In this document: positions 1 through 6,315 of the stretch, piece after piece
How positions within the stretch are numbered: position 1 is the stretch's first letter
Layout of the letters: each line of letters begins with the position of its first letter
Source: Candidatus Methylomirabilota bacterium
Lineage (GTDB): Bacteria > Methylomirabilota > Methylomirabilia > Rokubacteriales > CSP1-6
Direction of reading: 5' to 3'
Length of the DNA: 16,917 bases
NCBI GenBank assembly: GCA_046726415.1
Contig: JBKPAK010000181.1
Coordinates: forward strand, 1-16,917
Program-made: the position numbers and the translations under genes
The notes under the pieces: model-generated
What the model saw: only the letters and a program-made list of their open reading frames with translations
Told to the model about the DNA's origin: nothing
Database searches by the model: none

Positions 1-192
1 ATGCTGGGGGAGCAACTCGATGGGCTCAAGCGGACCGGCATCACGATGATCCTCGCCGAGCAGAACGTCCACTTCGTGAGCGAGCTGGGCGATCGCGTCT
101 ACATTCTCGAGAAGGGCATGGTCCGCTATCAGGGCTCGATGGCGGAGTTTCTCGCCAACGAGGATGTCCGCCGCGCCCACCTGGCGGCGTAG
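1..192 (+). CDS. Branched-chain amino acid ABC transporter ATP-binding subunit (LivF-like), 3' part only
   Basis: GITMILAEQNVHFVSELGDRVYILEKGMVRYQG matches the LivF-type 'ILLVEQN...DRxYVLExG' C-terminus. The 5' end lies outside the window. Confidence 0.85.
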   Translation: MLGEQLDGLKRTGITMILAEQNVHFVSELGDRVYILEKGMVRYQGSMAEFLANEDVRRAHLAA

Positions 193-199
193 GAACCCC

Positions 200-514
200 C
201 TAGGTGGATTGGAAGATGGGACCGCGGGCGGCGTCGACGGTGACGAGCGCCATCGGCTGCCCGGCGGCCAGACGCTCAGGGTCGCCAGCTACGCGCGCCG
301 TGATGCGGGCGCCTTCGTCCAGCTCGAGGAGGCCGACGGCATAGGGCGCCTCCGCCGCGTACCGTGCTGGCGCCACGCGGATGACCGTCCAGGACACCAG
401 CCGGCCATGGCCCGAGAGGTGGAGCGCCTCGCCACCTTCGGCTCCACAGAACCGGCAGGTCGCAGCATTGAGGGAAAGCTTGCCGCACTCCGCGCAGCGA
501 CGGGCTGGCAGCAT
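200..514 (-). CDS. Zn-ribbon/OB-fold DUF35 (ChsH2-like) thiolase partner protein, 104 aa
   Basis: MLPARRCAECG...CRFCG has two CxxC motifs, followed by GRLVSWTVI...PYAVGLLELDEG (OB fold). Its ATG (514-512) overlaps the thiolase TGA (TGATG). Confidence 0.9.
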   Translation of the reverse strand: MLPARRCAECGKLSLNAATCRFCGAEGGEALHLSGHGRLVSWTVIRVAPARYAAEAPYAVGLLELDEGARITARVAGDPERLAAGQPMALVTVDAARGPIFQST

Positions 515-1669
515 CACAGCGTTCCCAAAATCGTCACGGTGCTGACCACGCCGGTCCCGCCCAAGTTGTGGGCGAGGGTGATCTCGCAGCCACGCACCTG
601 GTTGGCCGCCTCGCCGCGCAGCTGCCGTACCAGCTCGTAGACCTGTGCGCATCCGGTGGCGCCGACGGGGTGCCCCTTGGCGATGAGGCCCCCCGACGGA
701 TTGACGGCCACCTTCCCGTCGAGCGCGCTCCACCCTTCTTCGACGGCCCGCCCTCCCGCCGCGCGGGAAGAGACCGAGATCTTCGCTGGCGACGATCTCC
801 GCGGTGGTGAAGCAGTCGTGCAACTCCGCCGCGTCCACGTCCGCCGGTGAGATCCCGGCGGCCGCGTAGGCCTCGCGGGCCGCGCGAACCGTGGCGGGAA
901 AGCTCGTGATGTCGTCCATCTCCCAGAGCGTGGCCGGACCCGTCGCGTGACCGGTACCCATGACGCGCACGGGCTTGGCGTGAAAGTCGCGGGCGCGATC
1001 GGCGGGGCAGAGGACGACGGCGGCGGCGCCATCGGAGATCGGCGGACAGTCGAACAGGCGGAGCGGATCGGCGATGAGTCGCGAGCGGAGCACTTCGTCG
1101 AGCGTGACGGGTTTGCGGAACTGCGATTTGGGATTGGCCGCACCCAGCCCGTGGTTCTTGACGGAGACGAGACCGATCTGCTCGCGGGTCGTCCCGTAAC
1201 GAGCCATGTGGGCGCGCGTGACGATGGCGAAGGAGCCTGGAAAGGTCAAGCCCGAGCGCATCTCCGCGTCCTCGTCCCCTGCGGTCGCGAGCCCGGCCGT
1301 CACTTCGGCCGTCGACGCCGAGGTCATCTTCTCGGCGCCCGCCGCCAGGACGAAGTCGTAGAGCCCGAGGGCAACGCCGAGGACGCCGAGGCGGAGGGCA
1401 ATCCCGCCCGAGGCGCACGCTCCCTCCGTCTTCGTGGCGGGAATCCCGCCGATCCCGAGCCGGTTGGCCACCATGCCGGCGCTCGCCCCCTGACTGGCCA
1501 GGCGCTCGCCGATGAAGTTTCCGAGATAGAGCGCCTGGATGCTCTCGCGTGGCACCCGCGCGTCGGCGAGCGCCTCCCGGCAGGCCGCCACCGCGATGTC
1601 GATGAGCCCTCGCCCCTCGAGCTTCCCGAACGGCGTCGAGCCGACGCCGATGATGGCCACGTCCCGCAT
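514..1669 (-). pseudogene. Thiolase-family protein (SCP-x/archaeal type), frameshifted near 750-760; pseudogene or sequencing error
   Basis: Starts MRDVAIIGVGSTPFG after a GGAGG RBS. GACASG and ELHDCF lie in one frame; the C-terminus GGRAVEEG...VNPSGGLIAKGHPVGATG...HNLGG lies in another. The 1156 nt span is 3n+1. Confidence 0.88.
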
Positions 1670-1855
1670 GTGCCCCCGCCTCCCGCGTTGGGCCGCGTCG
1701 TTGCCGGCCCTCGGCCCTAGCTTGTCACAATCCGGCAACAGAGACATCCGCGAGCGCCGAACGAGGACCGAGACATTCCGGGCACCTGATCCGAGGCCAT
1801 GCCAGTCGCCCTTCGCCGCGGCTGCCCGCCGCCGCGAGCCGGCGTTCCGCGAACC

Positions 1856-1921
1856 GTTCACACGATCTTCGCCGTTTCGTCGGAGAAACTTCGCCGTGCG
1901 GTACCGGAGGCGTCACGCCTC
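1856..1921 (+). promoter_or_regulatory. Candidate OmpR/PhoB-type (Pho-box-like) 11-bp direct repeat array upstream of the GDPD gene
   Basis: In-phase 11-bp units start GTTCAC (1856), CTTCGC (1867), CGTCGG (1878), CTTCGC (1889), GGTACC (1900) and CGTCAC (1911). CTTCGCCGT is repeated exactly 22 bp apart. Confidence 0.35.
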
Positions 1922-1977
1922 CTTGTCATAGTCCGACGCGCAGCCTGCTGCCCAATCACCACTCGGAGGCGTCGACC

Positions 1978-3176
1978 ATGTCAGGGATCAAGGTCCTGAT
2001 GCTCCGCGTCCTACTCGCCGCGATTGTCCTCGGGCTTGTCCCCGCTCCTGCGCTCGGTGAGGGCAGGCCCGATAGCCGCCGAACACCGATCGTGATCGGG
2101 ATCGAGGGGCCAGCGGGTATCTCCCCGAGCACACCCTCGAGGGGTACGCGCTGGCCATCGAGCTGGGGGCCGACTACGTCGAGCCCGACCTCGTCATGAC
2201 GAAGGACGGCCACCTTATCGCGCGTCACGAGCCGAACATGATCAACACCACCGACGTGAAGGACCGGCCGGAGTTCGCCAGCCGCAAGCGGACGGCCGTC
2301 GTCGATGGCACCGCGGAGGAGGGCTGGTTCGCGTCGGACTTCACGCTGGCCGAGATCAAGACCCTGCGCGCCATCCAGGCCTTCGGCGAGCGCCCGCAGC
2401 CGTTCAACGGCGAATTTCGGATCCCCACCCTCGAGCAGATCATCGAGCTCGTCAAGCGCAAGTCAAAAGAGAAGGAGCGCACCATCGGCATCTATCCTGA
2501 GACGAAGCACCCCACCTATCACCGATCGCTCGGGTTGCCGCTGGAACCGAAGCTGGTGGACGTGCTCCGCAAGGCCGGTTGGGATCGGGGCGACGCCCCG
2601 GTCTTCATTCAGTCGTTCGAGCAATCCAACCTGAAGGCGCTGCGCCGGCTCACGAAGGTGCGGCTGATCCAGCTGGTCGACGCCAACGACGTCAACCCGG
2701 ACGGCTCGCTGGACTTCACGGCCCCGTTCGACCGCCCGTACGACTGGACCGTGTCCGGCGATCCGGTGCTTCAGGCTCGCCTGTTCAGCTTCTTCGCGAC
2801 CGACGCGGGGCTCAAGGAAATCCGCACGTACCCCGACGGTATCGGCCCTTGGAAGCGCTACATCGTCAGCACGGCCGCCACGGATTTGAACGGAGATGGC
2901 GTGGTCGGCGACGAGAACGGCGATGGGGTCGTCAACGAGGCCGACCGGGCCCTGCTTCCGGCCACCGATCTGATCCCGCGCGCGCATCAGCACGGATTGC
3001 TCGTCCACACGTGGACCTTCCGCAGCGAGCAGCGCCGCCTGCCCGCCGACTACGCACAGAACCCGGTCAACGAATACCTCCAGTTCTACGCGCTGGGGAT
3101 CGACGGCGTGTTCAGCGACTTTCCGGACACCGCGGTGGTATCACGGCTGCTCTTCGAACTATCGCGAAATCCCTGA
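1978..3176 (+). pseudogene. glpQ: Secreted glycerophosphodiester phosphodiesterase (GlpQ-like) with a 1-nt frameshift at about 2100
   Basis: The signal peptide and PIVIG are in the 1978 frame. The rest ([73 protein letters not shown]) is in the 2196 frame. Adding one C at 2100/2101 restores GGG-CAT-CGA (GHR). Confidence 0.9.
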
Positions 3177-3266
3177 TTTCAGCCCCGGTCTCTGCGGGCA
3201 CCGCGCGGAGATCATCGGTCCCGATGGGGCGCGGCGCCCTCGCCAACGAAAGCACGTGGGCCCTTT

Positions 3267-3476
3267 TCAGCACCCGGGGGCCGGGCGGGCCGAGGTGGTC
3301 CCGGCCGAGCCGAGCAGGCGCTCGCCCAGCTCGATGAGGCGAGCGCCGACGAGCACGCGGAGTGATGGACGCGAGCTCCGCAGCGAGTACAGCAGCCGCT
3401 CGTGTGCCGCCGCTGCGCGAGCCTCGGCGAGGCGTTCGGCGACGAGCACCTCCATCAGCGACGCGTTTCCGTACAT
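3267..3476 (-). CDS. Small hypothetical protein, 69 aa (MYGNASLMEVLVAERLAEAR...)
   Basis: Strong SD GAGGAGGTGA just upstream of the ATG at 3476, helical Ala/Arg/Leu-rich sequence, and co-oriented 32 bp after the upstream gene. Confidence 0.7.
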   Translation of the reverse strand: MYGNASLMEVLVAERLAEARAAAAHERLLYSLRSSRPSLRVLVGARLIELGERLLGSAGTTSARPAPGC

Positions 3477-3508
3477 CTCATCACCTCCTCGAAAAGGAGT
3501 AGAGGGTG

Positions 3509-3874
3509 TCAGGCGGCGCGCCGCGCCGACGTCGAGGGACCTTCCGCCTGTGGGACCACCACGATCTGGAGCCGCTTGGCGGCCCCCCCCTCGCAGCCAC
3601 GCAGCACCCGATGCGCGATGGCCAGCACGGCCGCCACCACATTTGGACGCTCGAGCGGCACCGGAATCACCAGCCGAGGCGGACCCCACGGTCGCTTGGT
3701 CATCGATGGGGCCACCACCGCGCCCAGCTCGCGGTGAATGGCTTCGGTGACCGCGATCTGCTGGGCCACGCGGGCCTGCTGACTGCGCTGCAGTCGCCCC
3801 ACGAGTAGCAGCAACGCCACGACCCCGACGAAGGGAAGCAGGACCATCGTGACCGCCACGAGTAGACCCAGCAT
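3509..3874 (-). CDS. Hypothetical protein with N-terminal transmembrane segment, 121 aa
   Basis: RBS AGGAGGAG, hydrophobic N-terminus MLGLLVAVTMVLLPFVGVVALLLLV, then a small soluble alpha/beta-like region. Confidence 0.75.
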   Translation of the reverse strand: MLGLLVAVTMVLLPFVGVVALLLLVGRLQRSQQARVAQQIAVTEAIHRELGAVVAPSMTKRPWGPPRLVIPVPLERPNVVAAVLAIAHRVLRGCEGGAAKRLQIVVVPQAEGPSTSARRAA

Positions 3875-3926
3875 GTGCGCCTCCTCCTGTTTTCTATGAC
3901 CCCGGGCGGCGGCCCATGTGAAAGGA

Positions 3927-4014
3927 GCGGCTATTGCAAAAGAGGCGGCGGGAACAGCAGGCGGCTACTGCAAAAGAGGCGGCGGGAAAGGTAAGGTGGC
4001 TATTGCAAAAGCGG
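3927..4014. repeat. Three direct repeats, period 34-35 bp, core G(C/T)GGCTA(T/C)TGCAAAAG
   Basis: 3927-3954 gcggctattgcaaaagaggcggcgggaa and 3961-3988 gcggctactgcaaaagaggcggcgggaa are 27/28 identical. The third copy, 3996-4014 gtggctattgcaaaagcgg, is partial and overlaps the stop codon at 4000-4002. Confidence 0.9.
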
Positions 4015-4971
4015 ATGCAGGTCGGGCCGGCAGTCGGTGCACGGCACCAGCCCAAGAGCGGTCGCCCGCTCGCGAGACGCGAGCAGCGTGACGCGCCCGA
4101 TCGGCCGGTGCGCGATCGACCCGCACGTCGGCAGGCAGTACTGGCGCTCGTCGTTCCGGTCGTAGTGGTACAGCGACTGCCGAGCCACGCGGGGCGTGGT
4201 AGGAGCGTGCTCCGTCCGCACGCCCTCGACGCCAAGCAGTCGTTCCTTGAGGCCGAGCCGGCTACCGGCGTAGCCGGTGAGATCGCCGCTGGCGCCGACG
4301 ATGCGGTGACACGGCACGACGATCGGCAAGGGGTTGTGCCGAAGCGCCTGGGCCACGGCACGCACCGCGTTGGGTTGACCGATCTCGCCCGCGATCCCCA
4401 GGTACGACGTCACCGTACCGTAGGGTACCGCCGCCGTCGCCCGCAGCACCTCGCGCTGGAAGTCCGAGCGCCCCAGTCGCAGGTCCAGCGGCCAGTCGAG
4501 CCGGGTCCGCGCGCCTTCGAGATACTCGAGCAGCTCCCGGTACAAGGCTTCGATCTCGGCGCCGTCCTCGATCAGCTCCAGGCCCGCCTGCACCGCGAGG
4601 CGCGAGCGAAGCGCGCCGTGCGCATCATCCAGATATTCGATCAATGACACGCCTTCCTCGGAGCGCGCGATGAGCAGAGGCCCCAGCGGCGACTCGAACA
4701 CGCGGCCGATGAGCAGACGGCGACGCAAGTCCCCCAGCCCTGTCTCGATGCGCTGCCGGGCGCGAGCCACTGCGTCGGCCGGGACGCTCCCCCCTCGCCA
4801 GGCCTCCACCGCCTGCCCGAGCGCTCGGTAGCGCTGAAACTCGCGCGCGCATGGCGGGCAGGCGCGCGTGTGGGCTTCGACTCTGGGCGCCGCGTCGACG
4901 CCGGTCTCCTGGGTGGCAACGGCGATCAGATCGCGCTCGATATCGAGGCAGGGCTGCGGCTTCCGCTTCAT
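4000..4971 (-). CDS. Fusion protein, 323 aa: zinc anti-sigma (zf-HC2) domain + methylated-DNA-protein-cysteine methyltransferase (Ogt/MGMT) + C-terminal Ada-type metal-binding domain
   Basis: N-terminal VEAHTRACPPC (H34,C38,C41). Central ESPLGPLLIA, FQREVLRA...VPYGTVTSY, AVRAVAQA, NPLPIVVPCHRIV (C221), LTGYAG, LKERLLGVEG. C-terminal YCLPTC-x27-CTDCRP. Its ATG overlaps the sigma gene stop (ATGA). Confidence 0.9.
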   Translation of the reverse strand: MKRKPQPCLDIERDLIAVATQETGVDAAPRVEAHTRACPPCAREFQRYRALGQAVEAWRGGSVPADAVARARQRIETGLGDLRRRLLIGRVFESPLGPLLIARSEEGVSLIEYLDDAHGALRSRLAVQAGLELIEDGAEIEALYRELLEYLEGARTRLDWPLDLRLGRSDFQREVLRATAAVPYGTVTSYLGIAGEIGQPNAVRAVAQALRHNPLPIVVPCHRIVGASGDLTGYAGSRLGLKERLLGVEGVRTEHAPTTPRVARQSLYHYDRNDERQYCLPTCGSIAHRPIGRVTLLASRERATALGLVPCTDCRPDLHPLLQ

Positions 4972-5498
4972 GGCTCTGGCTCCGTGACGAGGTCGCAATC
5001 GCGCAATCCCGAGCGAATCTTCTTCAGGGCCTGGAAGACGTGGGCCCGCGCGCTCTCCGTCGAGCACGAGAGGCTCTGCGCGATCACCTCGTAATCGAAC
5101 TCGTGAATCTTTCTCAGGATGAAGGCCAGCCGCTGCTTGAGAGGCAAGCCCGTCACCACGACCTCGAGCCGTGCGCGCGCCTCGTTGAACCTCGTCTCAC
5201 CTTCTGGGTCGACGCCACCGAGCTCCGAACGCGTCTCGCGGAAGGCCGCGTGAGCGGACCGCCGGCGCCGCTCGGTTCGAAAATGGTTGCGCGTCAGGTT
5301 GGTCGCGATGGTAAAGAGCCAGGCCCTCACGTTGGCATCGGGCGTCAGAGCCCGGTAGGCTCGATAGGCGCGCAGGAAGGTCTCCTGCGAGAGGTCTTGG
5401 GCCTCGCTGGGCCGGGTCGTCACGCGCACAAGATACCGATAGATTTCCGCATGATGCGCTTCTACCACCGTCTCGAATGGTTGCTGACCCATTGCCAT
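4968..5498 (-). CDS. ECF-subfamily RNA polymerase sigma-70 factor, about 176 aa
   Basis: Region 2: FETVVEAH...IYRYL...AQDLSQETFLRAY...AWLFTIATNLTRNHFR. Region 4: LPLKQRLAFILRKIHEFDYEVIAQSL...RAHVFQALKKIR. Start is ATG 5498, with 5492 or 5522 as alternatives. Confidence 0.93.
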   Translation of the reverse strand: MAMGQQPFETVVEAHHAEIYRYLVRVTTRPSEAQDLSQETFLRAYRAYRALTPDANVRAWLFTIATNLTRNHFRTERRRRSAHAAFRETRSELGGVDPEGETRFNEARARLEVVVTGLPLKQRLAFILRKIHEFDYEVIAQSLSCSTESARAHVFQALKKIRSGLRDCDLVTEPEP

Positions 5499-5501
5499 AT
5501 A

Positions 5502-5526
5502 AGACACCGTTGATAACCGCATGTGA
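5502..5526 (-). promoter_or_regulatory. Candidate ECF-type autoregulatory promoter TCACA-N16-GTCT
   Basis: The minus strand reads TTTCACA tgcggttatcaacggt GTCT tat ATG. The patch is locally AT-rich and there is no SD before the ATG. Confidence 0.45.
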
Positions 5527-5576
5527 AACGGGCGCTCGTGGCCGGGCTCGGCCAGACCGGCCCTGAGCCAAAAGCC

Positions 5577-6002
5577 TCAGAATCGCGAGGCCTTGAGCGT
5601 CACGTCGGCCCGGGACCAGGCGCGCTGAAAGCGCAGCTCGATGTCCGACGCCTCTGCCGGCCGGTCCTGAGCCCGGAGGCTCTGGGCGAGGCCGTAGAGC
5701 GACCAGCCACTGACCGGATTCCGCCGCAGGTCCTCGCGGTAGACTTCTTCGGCCTCGGTCGCCTGTCCCGCCTGGAGCAGGACGGCACCGAGCGATTGAC
5801 TCACGGGGTAATACCAGGGCGGCGGCTCCGTGAACTGGGCCTGGGGCGATGTCATGGTGATCGTCTGCTGATACGTCCCCAAGTGGTCGAAGAGGGGCGG
5901 CGGCGTGGAATCGCTGCGCGCCCCGTGCTGATAGAACTGAGCGGAGCACGCCGCCAGCACGAGCAGGGCGGGCATGAAAAGCAGTCGACGACAGACTGGC
6001 AT
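5577..6002 (-). pseudogene. TPR-containing lipoprotein, apparently internally deleted in frame (141 aa)
   Basis: GGAGG RBS and lipobox LAAC. N-terminal PLFDHLGTYQQTITMTSPQAQ is joined directly to C-terminal FTEPPPWYYPVSQSLGAVLL...EDLRRNP..GWSLYGLAQSL...FQRAWSRADVTL.ASRF. I recall these motifs from opposite ends of a roughly 500+ aa family. Confidence 0.65.
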
Positions 6003-6060
6003 CGGACCTCCCCTCCACATGATCCTCCGATCGTATGATGGCGGCCAGGAGGATCCCGCC

Positions 6061-6315
6061 ATGAGGGCCGAAACCCGGCTGCAGGAACGGAACATGATCG
6101 CCCCACAGAGCGGGCAGCACTGCGGGAACGCGGCGAGACCCATGTCCTCCTCGACGCGCGAGAGCGCGGTGCGGATGCGTCTTCTCGACGAGGCCGATGA
6201 CGTCGTGCTCACGCCCTACGAGCGCGGCGGCGAGGCGATGGAAGCCTATCTGCGCTGGGAGGAACTGCTCGACGACGGGCGCAGCCCCCATCCGCTGCGC
6301 GACGACGCGCGCTGA
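6061..6315 (+). pseudogene. Short ORF whose 3' half resembles the C-terminal tail of multi-domain rhodanese sulfurtransferases
   Basis: GGAGG RBS before ATG 6061, motif RLLDEADDVVLTPYERGGEAMEAYLRWEELL, and stop overlapping the sseA start (TGATG). Confidence 0.45.

Noticed and set aside
1723-1750. TGTCACA as a second target promoter of the ECF sigma
   Set aside because: No GTC -10 element follows at the matching spacing.
200-1861. 553-aa ORF as a genuine thiolase-DUF35 fusion
   Set aside because: It is an artefact of a frameshift near 755 plus an over-extended start; the real thiolase C-terminus is in another frame.
3927-4014. Repeat triplet as a mini CRISPR array
   Set aside because: The spacers are only 6-7 bp, the third copy lies in a coding region, and there are no cas genes.
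3931-4022. TTTTGCAA cores as sigma54 -12 elements
   Set aside because: None of the copies has the required GG at GG-N10-GC spacing.
4972-5067. 32-aa N-terminal extension of the MGMT fusion in the ORF track
   Set aside because: It overlaps the sigma gene out of frame; the ATGA-coupled start at 4971 puts the ZAS domain at the N-terminus as expected.
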